From Erysipelotrichaceae bacterium (lineage in GTDB: Bacteria; Bacillota_I; Bacilli_A; Erysipelotrichales; Erysipelotrichaceae), in NCBI GenBank assembly GCA_017561055.1, contig JAFZDT010000139.1:1-55058 (forward strand): a stretch of DNA of 55,058 nucleotides. The letters are read 5' to 3'. Each line of letters starts with the position of its first letter. Position 1 is the first letter of the stretch. Below the pieces are notes generated by a model. It made no database searches. It was given only the letters and a program-made list of their open reading frames with translations, and was not told the DNA's origin. A program made the position numbers and the translations under genes. Of the stretch, positions 27,726 through 36,497 are shown one piece after another.

Positions 27726-28454
27726 ATGGCAAATAATAAGAGTTTAGATTTAAAAGACATTATCAATGTAGCGACTGCTTTATCACAACAAGAACAATCA
27801 AATAATAAGAATCAATCAATTAAGATGGTTTCTGCGTTAAGTTCACTTGTGAAAGCGCCTGAAAAAGAAGAAGAGGAAGAAGAAAAATCTGTTTCATCTT
27901 TATTACAAGCTGCGAAAACAGATGCAAAGGATACAAATATTATTTCTAATTTATTAGAAAATCTTGGTTTGAGTAAGAGTCAAGAAAAGCAAGAAGAAGA
28001 GGAATTGATTGCTTTATTAGAAAGCAAGGGATACAGTGTTGATAAAGAATCAGCAATTGATACTGGTGCTGTTTCTGCAGCATTAGTTGCTTTAGCTGCT
28101 TATGCAAAAGAAAATGACTTGTTGGATAAGATTGCGGATTTATTTGAAGAAGAAACTAAGAAAAAGAAAAAAACAACTAAGAAAAAATCAACGACAAAGA
28201 AATCAACAGCTAAAAAAACTACAACCAAGAAGTCAACAACTGCTAAAAAATCTACGGCTAAGAAATCAACAACAGCTAAAAAGACAACAGCTAAGAAGAG
28301 TACTTCTACTGCTAAAAAATCTACAGCCAAGAAGAGTACAACTGCTAAAAAAACAAGTACAGCCAAAAAGTCTACAACTACAAAGAAATCAACTACAGCT
28401 AAAAAGACAACAGCTGCAAAGAAAACTACAACTAAAAAATCTACGAAGAAATAA
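27726..28454 (+). CDS. Bipartite protein with an acidic N-terminal half and a Lys/Thr/Ser/Ala-repeat basic tail (histone-H1-like composition)
   Basis: 242 aa with E-runs (EKEEEEEEK, QEKQEEEEL). About 100 C-terminal residues consist of (S/T)T(A)KK units. SD AAGGAG lies upstream. Confidence 0.7.
   Translation: MANNKSLDLKDIINVATALSQQEQSNNKNQSIKMVSALSSLVKAPEKEEEEEEKSVSSLLQAAKTDAKDTNIISNLLENLGLSKSQEKQEEEELIALLESKGYSVDKESAIDTGAVSAALVALAAYAKENDLLDKIADLFEEETKKKKKTTKKKSTTKKSTAKKTTTKKSTTAKKSTAKKSTTAKKTTAKKSTSTAKKSTAKKSTTAKKTSTAKKSTTTKKSTTAKKTTAAKKTTTKKSTKK
28160..28451 (+). repeat. Imperfect in-frame tandem repeats encoding the (S/T)TAKK tail
   Basis: Recurrent units such as GCTAAAAAATCTAC(A/G)GC(C/T)AAGAA(G/A) are visible by eye. 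They generate artefactual ORFs in the other frame and on the other strand. Confidence 0.85.
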
Positions 28455-28456
28455 CA

Positions 28457-28478
28457 AAAGCCCAGATATCTGGGCTTT
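28457..28478. terminator. Hairpin between convergent genes (possible bidirectional terminator)
   Basis: AAAGCCCAG pairs with CTGGGCTTT around ATAT. The U-tracts are weak. Confidence 0.55.
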
Positions 28479-29037
28479 AATAATTTTTCATCTTATCTAT
28501 TAATTTCGAATAAATGCGTTTAACAAACCATGGTTCACTACATTTAGTCGCAATATCATTTACATGAATCCAACCAACAGCACTATTTTCATCTGGTTTA
28601 ATGCGAATAGGATCATTAGGATTAGCTTCAAATAAATAAGTAACATTTAAGTGCAAATGACTGGATACATATTTACCTTTTTTCTCATGTCCGTCTACAC
28701 ATAGCGTTTCTAATGACACAATATTTGGAGTAAGTAGTACTAAATTTGTAATACCACTTTCTTCTTCAACTTCTTTTCTAGCAACTTTCAATAATTCTTT
28801 TTCACCATCTACATGACCACCCATCCATGCCCAAGAATTATATAAGTTATGATAAATCATTAATACCTGTTGTCGATCTGGTGATACTACCCAAGCAGAG
28901 ACAGTTAAATGTGCTGTTTCGTTGTCTCGAGTATAGATGTCATATGGACTTTGTAGCCATTGTAAAAGTATTTTTTTATCATTTTCTTCTTGTGGGTTAA
29001 TAGGAATGTAGTTTTGAATTTGTTCTAGTAATTGCAT
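28477..29037 (-). CDS. NUDIX hydrolase
   Basis: The Nudix box is GGHVDGEKELLKVARKEVEEESGI. SD AAAGGAGA precedes ATG 29037, which is preferred over GTG 29067. Confidence 0.85.
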   Translation of the reverse strand: MQLLEQIQNYIPINPQEENDKKILLQWLQSPYDIYTRDNETAHLTVSAWVVSPDRQQVLMIYHNLYNSWAWMGGHVDGEKELLKVARKEVEEESGITNLVLLTPNIVSLETLCVDGHEKKGKYVSSHLHLNVTYLFEANPNDPIRIKPDENSAVGWIHVNDIATKCSEPWFVKRIYSKLIDKMKNY

Positions 29038-29081
29038 AAAGAAGTCTCCTTTTTTATATTCTACCACAAAAAAAGAATCGA

Positions 29082-29228
29082 TTAACGATTCTTCTCTTGT
29101 TTGCGTTTGTCATTAATAATTTTGACATGTTCTTCAGTAATTAAAGTTACATTGTTTTCTTTTGCCCAATCAATACAACCATTTAATACAGTTTTTAAGA
29201 ATGGACGAGGCACTTTCACAAAACACAT
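29082..29228 (-). other. Short ORF or fragment resembling a PCP_red-type domain (protochlorophyllide-reductase 57-kD-subunit-like small domain)
   Basis: My own translation of the minus strand gives ...KFTDEALMCFVKVPRPFLKTVLNGCIDWAKENNVTLITEEHVKIINDKRKQEKNR*. The only in-frame ATG gives 48 aa. The similar region extends upstream of that ATG, which suggests truncation. Confidence 0.3.
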
Positions 29229-29256
29229 AAGTGCTTCATCAGTGAATTTGATTGTA

Positions 29257-29403
29257 CCAATGAAACGTCTAGCAAAACCAACAGAAGTTGGTGAATTATT
29301 CGCATTCTTAGGTAGCGATGAATCAAGTTATATTACCGGTGGTCAATTTGTTATTGATGGTGGTAGTACATTACCTGAAACAATGAGTATGGGTACAAAT
29401 TAA
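29257..29403 (+). pseudogene. 3' fragment of a short-chain dehydrogenase/reductase gene
   Basis: PMKRLAKPTEVGELFAFLGSDESSYITGGQFVIDGGSTL matches the SDR C-terminal consensus. No Rossmann TGxxxGxG or YxxxK motif lies upstream, and the rest of track ORF 29101..29403 is unrelated sequence. Confidence 0.65.
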
Positions 29404-29479
29404 AAGGTTCTTAATGAAGTGAACCAAAAAAGTTAGACCAACTAACTTAAGGAGGTTCACTTCATAACGAACCTTTTTT

Positions 29480-29965
29480 CTATATAAATGATGTAATAAA
29501 TACTAAGAAAATCGCAAGTATAAATCCACCAAGTACATCTGTAGGATAGTGATGTCCTAAATACATTCTAGAATATGCTACTAAACATGCGGTTACTAAT
29601 AGTGCATAACCTAGAATTGGTATTTGTGGAATAAATAAGAATGCTGTGGTAAATGTAATGCAGGTATGTCCTGATGGGAAGGAACGATCTTTAGGTCGTT
29701 TAACTAAAGGAATAATTTCAGGACATGCTTCAAATGGTCTTTGTCTTTTTAATCCTTTCTTTAATACTACATGCACAAGAATAGCTTGCAATCCTAATGC
29801 ACACCATAAACGGACACGAAATTCCATTGGTAAAGGAAGTAGGGTTAATAGTGCACAAAATGGTAACCACATTTTAGAATAACCAATTTTCGTTATATAC
29901 CACATGATTTTATTCATGGGTTCTGTTCTATGCTTTTGAAACCATAATAATATGTTATGTTCCAT
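29480..29965 (-). CDS. PAP2-family membrane phosphatase
   Basis: The three PAP2 motifs are present (KRQRPF, PSGH, SRMYLGHHYPTDV). Confidence 0.88.
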   Translation of the reverse strand: MEHNILLWFQKHRTEPMNKIMWYITKIGYSKMWLPFCALLTLLPLPMEFRVRLWCALGLQAILVHVVLKKGLKRQRPFEACPEIIPLVKRPKDRSFPSGHTCITFTTAFLFIPQIPILGYALLVTACLVAYSRMYLGHHYPTDVLGGFILAIFLVFITSFI

Positions 29966-29975
29966 ATAATTCTCC

Positions 29976-30422
29976 TTATTTTACTTCTAATAATTGATCT
30001 TCTTTATCATAAACTAATTTCATGGTAAAGAAATCATTTGTTTCTAATAATTTAGGTAAGAAGTGTTTATCTCCTTCCCAAAGGTTTAAGTCTAATACTT
30101 TATCTTTATCTATCCACTGTAATTGTCCTTCATTACATTCTTTTAAGGTGCCTTCAAAGTGATTTGAAGTGTATAAGAATGTAAGTTCATTTTCCCATTT
30201 TGGTAATATGAATGTTAAGATTCCACGTAATTGTGGTTGAATATGTAATCCTGTTTCTTCATATACTTCTCGAATAATGCATTCATCTGGTGATTCATCT
30301 TGTTCTAATTTGCCACCTACTCCTATCCATTTTCCTCCATTAGGATCAATGGATTTTTTAGTTCGATGTAGCATTAATACTTGGTTATCTTTTTCAATGT
30401 AGCATAATGTAGATAAAATCAT
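29976..30422 (-). CDS. NUDIX hydrolase (MutT/8-oxo-dGTPase-like)
   Basis: The Nudix box is GGKLEQDESPDECIIREVYEETGL. ATG 30422 overlaps the upstream TGA as ATGA and has AGGAG just upstream. The track start is 30443. Confidence 0.85.
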   Translation of the reverse strand: MILSTLCYIEKDNQVLMLHRTKKSIDPNGGKWIGVGGKLEQDESPDECIIREVYEETGLHIQPQLRGILTFILPKWENELTFLYTSNHFEGTLKECNEGQLQWIDKDKVLDLNLWEGDKHFLPKLLETNDFFTMKLVYDKEDQLLEVK

Positions 30423-31411
30423 AAACTCCTCCCACAAATCCAATAATTAAATGAATAGTCTAAGAATTCTTGTAATTGTTTTTGATAATTACTATCTATA
30501 GTCGTAATACGTCCCTTGTTTTGTATATAGGGATTTATAAAACGCTTTTTTGCTAAAATCATACGATAATCATCGTTTTGTTGATAATTTTGTTTGTCGA
30601 TCATTTCTAGTTGTTGAAAATGATTCCACTTTTTTTGGAAGGTTGGATGTTTTAGTAATTTTTGAATTACAGTTGGTTCATCTTGATATAAATCCAATGT
30701 TGTAAGTATGTTGTTGTCGATTGCATTTTTTAATAGTTCAGCAAGATGTTGCATGGAATATCGATCTTCATCAGATACATAAATTTTGGAACAAAATAAA
30801 GAACCGAATGCAAATTGTTTGGCCAATTCTTGATTTTGAAATTGTAGTTCTACTTCATGAAATTCGTTAGTAGTAACAAGTAAATCATTGTAAATTGCTT
30901 GAATTGTTTCCATATTTGCATAATTAAAATTAATCATATTGTTCAATGTATATTCTAATCTGTCTGCAGATAGCTTTGGAGTATCATTATCAGCAATGGG
31001 ATATATATGATAATCACAAACATCCTCTGTTGTTAGTTGATATAGTTGCAATAATTCTTGAATTTGTGTATCTTGTTCAATGATTTCTTTAGTGCCATCT
31101 TCTGTAGATTCTTGTGTAAGATGGTCATTGTTTAGAAAATCGATGACATGTGAAAAAGAAGGTGTCGCAATATCATGAAATAATCCAGCTAACGATTGTT
31201 TGATATCTTTGGTGAAATGATAAATAATCAAGGCAACTCCGATACTATGATCATAACGTGAATAACGTTCTAAATGTTTAAATATCGGAAAACTTGTATA
31301 TTCACATCCACAATGCATGCCTACTTGTTTAAGGCGTAACATTGCTGGGGTATTTGCGAATTGTACTAGAAATTCGGGAATTTCATGATGATATAAGCTT
31401 GTTAGATTCAT
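30419..31411 (-). CDS. HD-domain phosphohydrolase
   Basis: YDHSIGVA ... LFHDIATPSFSH fits the H..HD pattern. Length is 330 aa. Confidence 0.8.
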   Translation of the reverse strand: MNLTSLYHHEIPEFLVQFANTPAMLRLKQVGMHCGCEYTSFPIFKHLERYSRYDHSIGVALIIYHFTKDIKQSLAGLFHDIATPSFSHVIDFLNNDHLTQESTEDGTKEIIEQDTQIQELLQLYQLTTEDVCDYHIYPIADNDTPKLSADRLEYTLNNMINFNYANMETIQAIYNDLLVTTNEFHEVELQFQNQELAKQFAFGSLFCSKIYVSDEDRYSMQHLAELLKNAIDNNILTTLDLYQDEPTVIQKLLKHPTFQKKWNHFQQLEMIDKQNYQQNDDYRMILAKKRFINPYIQNKGRITTIDSNYQKQLQEFLDYSFNYWICGRSL

Positions 31412-31470
31412 AGTTACCTTCTTTCTGTTGTTATTTTAGCACAGTTTTCTGTATAATGAATGTGGTGATT

Positions 31471-31968
31471 ATGATGAATATTGAATTAGCAACAATTAGT
31501 GATTGTTATTTACTAGCAATCTTTAAAAAGAAAATGTGGGAAAGTACGTATCGTGGAATTTATCCAGATGAATATATTGATCAATTTAATGTAAGAGATC
31601 ATGCGCGTAAATTCCAAAAAATGATTTTTGAAGGGAAACAAAAGTTATTTATTGTATGGATTGATAATACAGTAAAGGGATATATGAGTTATGGATTCAT
31701 TCGTCGTCCTTTTGAAGATTATAAATATGATATTGGATATATGTATGTAGATGATGCTTATCAAAGACAAGGAATTGGTACAGAGTTATTTAATATGGCT
31801 AAGGAACAATTCTTGGCTAGTGATATTCATACCTTTATTGTGTCATGTAATAAGTATAATCTTGGTGCTCAAGAGTTTTATAAGAAAATGGGTGGAGAGA
31901 TTGTGCATATTGATGAAGATCATCGTAATAAATCTAGACCACAGGTAAAATTTTTATTTAACATTTAA
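31471..31968 (+). CDS. GNAT-family N-acetyltransferase
   Basis: The acetyl-CoA motif YQRQGIGTELF is present. Track start 31456 lies inside a TATAAT box, so ATG 31471 or 31474 is preferred. Confidence 0.82.
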   Translation: MMNIELATISDCYLLAIFKKKMWESTYRGIYPDEYIDQFNVRDHARKFQKMIFEGKQKLFIVWIDNTVKGYMSYGFIRRPFEDYKYDIGYMYVDDAYQRQGIGTELFNMAKEQFLASDIHTFIVSCNKYNLGAQEFYKKMGGEIVHIDEDHRNKSRPQVKFLFNI

Positions 31969-31993
31969 GTCAGCTATGCTGGCTTTTTCTTTT
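31968..31993 (+). terminator. Intrinsic terminator after the GNAT gene
   Basis: AGTCAGC pairs with GCTGGCT (7 bp including one G-U), followed by T5. Confidence 0.7.
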
Positions 31994-32072
31994 GCATAAA
32001 TAGGATTTTGTGTTTAGTGTTTCTATTTCCTGGGAAATGAAGTAAAATATAAAGTGAGAAAGTAGGGATTGT

Positions 32073-33404
32073 ATGTTAAATGATACTATTGCGGCTATAA
32101 GTACTGGAAAAGATTTATCAGCTGTTTCTATTATTCGTATGAGTGGTGATGAGGTGTTTACAATCATCAATCAATTGTTTACTAAAAAGTTAGATACTGT
32201 ACCAAGTCATACGATTCATTATGGATATATTAAAAATCCACTTAATGGAGAATTGGTGGATGAAGTTTTAGTGAGTGTTTTTAGAGCGCCTAGAACATAT
32301 ACAAAAGAAGATGTTATTGAGATTAATTGTCATGGTGGAGCTTTTATTACTAAAAAGATTTTATCTTTAGTATTAGGATGTGGAGCAAGACTTGCGGAAC
32401 CTGGCGAATTCACAAAACGTGCTTTCTTAAATGGACGTATTGATTTATCACAAGCAGAAGCTGTACAAGACTTATTAGATGCGAAACATGATGATCAAGT
32501 TAAGATTGCTTTATCTGCATTAAAGGGTAGTGTACATAAATTAATGGAACCATTATTAGATCGTTTGGTACAAATTATTTCCAATATTGAGGTAAATATT
32601 GATTATCCGGAATATGATGATGTGGAAGTATTAACGCAAGAAACAATTTTACCTGATGTTGAATTGTGGTTAAAAGAAATTGATACTATTTTAGAGAAAT
32701 CACAAAGTGGTTCTATTATTAAAGAAGGATTACAAACAGCGATTGTTGGTAAACCAAATGTAGGAAAAAGTAGCTTGTTGAATGCTTTATTAGAAGAAGA
32801 TAAAGCGATTGTTACTAATATTGCAGGAACAACACGTGATATTGTTGAAGGTGATGTTCGTTTAAAGAATATTACATTGCATTTAATGGATACTGCAGGT
32901 ATTCGTGATACAAGTGATGTTGTTGAACAAATTGGTGTTGAAAAGAGTAAAGCAGTTATTGAGAAAGCACAATTGGTTATTTTAGTATTTGATGGTAGTC
33001 AACCATTGGATGATGAAGATAAAGAGTTATTAGAAATGACAAAGAATCGTAATCGAATTGTTGTATATAACAAGAGTGATTTAGGAAATATTCATGATGG
33101 TTTAACAATTTGTGCACAAGAAGGTGATATTCAAGCATTAATTGATGAAATTAATAGTAGATATGAAGATGCACATGCATTAATTGATGAACCAATCTTA
33201 ATTAATGAACGTCAAATTGGTTTGATGATGCAAGCAAAAATGGCGATGGCTAGAGCATATGAAGCATTACAATTTAATGTGGAAGTGGATTTAGTGACAA
33301 TTGATTTACAAGATTGTTATCGTTGCTTGAAAGAAATAGAAGGGTCTTATAGCAAGGAAGGCTTGTTGGATGAAATCTTTACAAGATTCTGCTTAGGTAA
33401 GTAA
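32073..33404 (+). CDS. mnmE: tRNA modification GTPase MnmE
   Basis: The N-terminus DTIAAISTG is typical. G motifs GKPNVGKSSL, DTAG and NKSD are present, and the protein ends in the C-terminal CLGK. Confidence 0.95.
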   Translation: MLNDTIAAISTGKDLSAVSIIRMSGDEVFTIINQLFTKKLDTVPSHTIHYGYIKNPLNGELVDEVLVSVFRAPRTYTKEDVIEINCHGGAFITKKILSLVLGCGARLAEPGEFTKRAFLNGRIDLSQAEAVQDLLDAKHDDQVKIALSALKGSVHKLMEPLLDRLVQIISNIEVNIDYPEYDDVEVLTQETILPDVELWLKEIDTILEKSQSGSIIKEGLQTAIVGKPNVGKSSLLNALLEEDKAIVTNIAGTTRDIVEGDVRLKNITLHLMDTAGIRDTSDVVEQIGVEKSKAVIEKAQLVILVFDGSQPLDDEDKELLEMTKNRNRIVVYNKSDLGNIHDGLTICAQEGDIQALIDEINSRYEDAHALIDEPILINERQIGLMMQAKMAMARAYEALQFNVEVDLVTIDLQDCYRCLKEIEGSYSKEGLLDEIFTRFCLGK

Positions 33405-33405
33405 T

Positions 33406-34182
33406 ATGAGTTATTGGATTGATAGTCATGCCCATATGACGGATGAATGTTATCAAGAAGAATTTGATGCTTATATGCAACGAGCATTAGATGCGAATGT
33501 TAAGAAAACTTTGGTTATTTGTTTAAATTTTGATGAATTAGATAGAGCATTTGCATTGAAATCACAATATCCATTTTTGGATATTGCGGTAGGATTCTAT
33601 CCTGGTGATGTACCAAAATTTACAGAAGAAGATTGGAAACGCTTGGAAGAAGTTGCTAAAGATGAACGAGTAATAGCGATTGGTGAAATTGGTTTAGATT
33701 ATTATTGGGATAAGAGTTTTGTAGAATTACAAAAAGAATGCTTTATTCGTCAAATTGAATTAGCGAATAAAGTTCAAAAACCGATTTTAATTCATAGTAG
33801 AGATGCGGCACAAGATACATATGATATTTTAGCTGCTCATAAAGCAGAATATGGAGCTTTGTTACATTGTTATAGTGGATCTGTGGAAATGGCAAAACGT
33901 TTTGAAAAGTTGGGATTATATTTCTCATTTGCTGGACCATTAACATTTAAGAATTCAAAAGAATCTAAAGAAGTGGTAAAAGTATTACCATTAAATCGTT
34001 TGTTTGTAGAAACAGATTGTCCATATTTAACACCAGTGCCACATAGAGGAAAACAAAATGAAACAGCTTATGTGCATTATACTGGTGAATATTTAGCTGA
34101 ATTAAAAGAATTGGATGTTGAAACAGTTCAACGACAAATGATTGAGAACTATAAAAATTTATTTAAAGTGAAGGATATGTAA
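33406..34182 (+). CDS. tatD: TatD-family metal-dependent hydrolase/DNase
   Basis: DSHAH, GEIGLDY, IHSRDA and ETDCPYL motifs are present. Confidence 0.92.
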   Translation: MSYWIDSHAHMTDECYQEEFDAYMQRALDANVKKTLVICLNFDELDRAFALKSQYPFLDIAVGFYPGDVPKFTEEDWKRLEEVAKDERVIAIGEIGLDYYWDKSFVELQKECFIRQIELANKVQKPILIHSRDAAQDTYDILAAHKAEYGALLHCYSGSVEMAKRFEKLGLYFSFAGPLTFKNSKESKEVVKVLPLNRLFVETDCPYLTPVPHRGKQNETAYVHYTGEYLAELKELDVETVQRQMIENYKNLFKVKDM

Positions 34183-35117
34183 TGAAGAATTGGATTGTAA
34201 AGAAAGTAAAAGAAAAAGTAGAAAGAATGAAAAAACTCACATTGAAAGAAGTGGGTTCTTTTTGCTGGAATTATGTTACTTCTTTACATTATAAACAAGC
34301 AACACGATTAGTACTTTGTTTATTTATACTATTTACCGGTTTGTTTAGGGAATATAATCCAGAGATTGTTGCTACCAATGGTAGTTATCAATTTTATACT
34401 AATGATATTGTGAATCAAACGTATCAAGTAGAAGAAGGAAATTTCTTGGAATATCCTGAAGTGGAACATAATGAAAAGAATCAAGGTAAAGGTCCAACAT
34501 TTATGTATTCACAAGCGACAGATGGGGAAATGGGTTTTACTTACCAAAGCTATGAACTTCAATATGATATGTTTGGGCGTTTATTAATGAAACTTCCTGT
34601 TTCTGATAAACAAACGCAATTGGCTCAAAATATTGAATTCTCAAAAGGGGCTGAAGTAGCTATTGGTTCGTATTTTTATCCATTCTATTCAAGATATGGT
34701 GTAGACTGTGTTGGTTGTAGCGGAGAATTTGATGGAATTGGTGTATTTGCCAATGGTGTAAGATATCACAAAGATAAAGGTGTTCGTCAATGGGATGGTA
34801 CTTATAAACAAGGAATTACTTATGAAGGATACTATATTGTGGCTACAGATCGTAAAATTCCATTCTGTACAGTATTGGAAGTTACTAACCATCGTTGGGA
34901 AGGTGCTGGTATTAAGAATAACGAACCTTTCCAAGTGATTGTATTAGATCGTGGTGGAGTTATCCAAGGAAATCGTTTTGATTTATTTATTGGCTTAGAG
35001 TCAAATATGCAAATTGGATATGGAAAATGGAAAACTAAAGAAAAAACGAAAGCTACAATTGTTAAGTTTGGTAAACAAACTGTAAATCATTTAGGACAAA
35101 GGGGATGTAAACTATAA
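34182..35117 (+). CDS. Membrane-anchored 3D-domain protein (YabE-like position)
   Basis: An N-terminal TM segment is present. The C-terminal 3D/RlpA-like pattern is IVATDRKIPFCTVLEV ... VLDRGGVIQGNRFDLF. Synteny runs tatD, this gene, rnmV. Confidence 0.7.
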   Translation: MKNWIVKKVKEKVERMKKLTLKEVGSFCWNYVTSLHYKQATRLVLCLFILFTGLFREYNPEIVATNGSYQFYTNDIVNQTYQVEEGNFLEYPEVEHNEKNQGKGPTFMYSQATDGEMGFTYQSYELQYDMFGRLLMKLPVSDKQTQLAQNIEFSKGAEVAIGSYFYPFYSRYGVDCVGCSGEFDGIGVFANGVRYHKDKGVRQWDGTYKQGITYEGYYIVATDRKIPFCTVLEVTNHRWEGAGIKNNEPFQVIVLDRGGVIQGNRFDLFIGLESNMQIGYGKWKTKEKTKATIVKFGKQTVNHLGQRGCKL

Positions 35118-35671
35118 TGAAGAAGATTGATGCAGTAATTATAGTAGAGGGTAAAAATGATATTCATCGTTTAAAACAAGTAATTGATGCGGATATGCTT
35201 TGTACCAATGGTTTACAAATGAGTAAAGAGATTTTAGATACAATTGTTGAACTTGCGAAAACAAGAGAGATTATTATTTTTACAGATCCTGATTCACCAG
35301 GAAATCGAATTCGTCATCGAATTCAACAATTGGTTCCTAGTGCACATCATTTGTATTTGCAAGCAAAACAAGCCAGAACAAAACGTAAAGTGGGAATTGA
35401 ACATGCTTCTTTAGAAGATATTCTAGAAGCATTCAATTATATAAGTGAAGGAAAACCACAAGAAAATAGTTTAAGTTGGCAAGAGTTCTTAGACTTAGGT
35501 TTAAGTGGTAGAAGTGATAGTAAAGAAAGAAGAGAAATATTAGCTGAGAAATTGCATATTGGACAAGCTAATGCAAAAACTTTCTTTAATCGATTAAATA
35601 TGATACATGCAAAGTATGAAGAATTAGAGAGGATGATGAAAGATGGCCAAAGCAATTGCGACAATTTCTAG
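35117..35671 (+). CDS. rnmV: Ribonuclease M5
   Basis: The Toprim pattern is VIIVEGKNDIHRLK ... IFTDPDSPGNRIR. Confidence 0.9.
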   Translation: MKKIDAVIIVEGKNDIHRLKQVIDADMLCTNGLQMSKEILDTIVELAKTREIIIFTDPDSPGNRIRHRIQQLVPSAHHLYLQAKQARTKRKVGIEHASLEDILEAFNYISEGKPQENSLSWQEFLDLGLSGRSDSKERREILAEKLHIGQANAKTFFNRLNMIHAKYEELERMMKDGQSNCDNF

Positions 35672-36497
35672 AACAAAAGAAATTATGGAAACTCATGGAT
35701 TACATACGAAAAAGAAATTTGGGCAAAACTTTTTAACGGAACCATCAATTGTTACAAGAATTGCACAATCAGTTCCGATGGCAGACAAGCGTTTGTTAAT
35801 TGAAATTGGTCCTGGTATTGGTGCTTTAACTGAACAATTAGCATTAGTTGCAGATAAAGTTATTGCATATGAAATTGATGATGATTTAATTCCAGTGCTT
35901 GCGGATACTTTAGCTGAATATCCTCATGTAGAAATTCGTCATCAAGACTTTTTGACAGTAAATTTAAAAGAAGAATTAGCTCCATATATGAATGATGGCT
36001 ATGAAATTTCGATTGCAGCGAATTTGCCATATTACATTACAACACCATTATTATTCCACATCTTGGAAAGTGATGTACCAATTACAAGTATTACAGTAAT
36101 GATGCAAAAGGAAGTGGCAGATCGTTTTGCGGCACAAGTAGGTACTAAAGATTACAATGCTTTAAGTGTAATTACACAATATCGTGCGGATGTAAAAATG
36201 GTAATGAAAGTGCCAAAAGAAGTATTTGTACCGAAACCTAATGTAGATAGTGCTGTTATTCAATTTAGATTACGACCATATAGTAAACAAGTTGTAAAAC
36301 AAGAAGAATTCTTTGAATTAGTTAAAGGATGTTTTGTACAAAGAAGAAAAACAATTCTAAATAATTTATCTGTTTATTTAAAAGATAAAGATAAAGCAAG
36401 AGAATATTTAGAAAAAGCAAACATTGATCCAGCTCGTAGAGCGGAAACATGTACATTGGATACATTTATTGAATTATATGAGGTGATGTCATGTTAG
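35643..36497 (+). CDS. rsmA: 16S rRNA (adenine1518/1519-N6)-dimethyltransferase
   Basis: KKKFGQNFL, EIGPGIGALT and NLPYYITTP motifs are present. Confidence 0.95.
   Translation: MAKAIATISRTKEIMETHGLHTKKKFGQNFLTEPSIVTRIAQSVPMADKRLLIEIGPGIGALTEQLALVADKVIAYEIDDDLIPVLADTLAEYPHVEIRHQDFLTVNLKEELAPYMNDGYEISIAANLPYYITTPLLFHILESDVPITSITVMMQKEVADRFAAQVGTKDYNALSVITQYRADVKMVMKVPKEVFVPKPNVDSAVIQFRLRPYSKQVVKQEEFFELVKGCFVQRRKTILNNLSVYLKDKDKAREYLEKANIDPARRAETCTLDTFIELYEVMSC

Noticed and set aside
28100-28503. Alternative-frame ORFs (133 aa on +, 88 aa on -) over the (S/T)TAKK repeat
   Set aside because: These are repeat-induced open frames. The frame starting at 27726 has an SD and a non-repetitive N-terminal domain.
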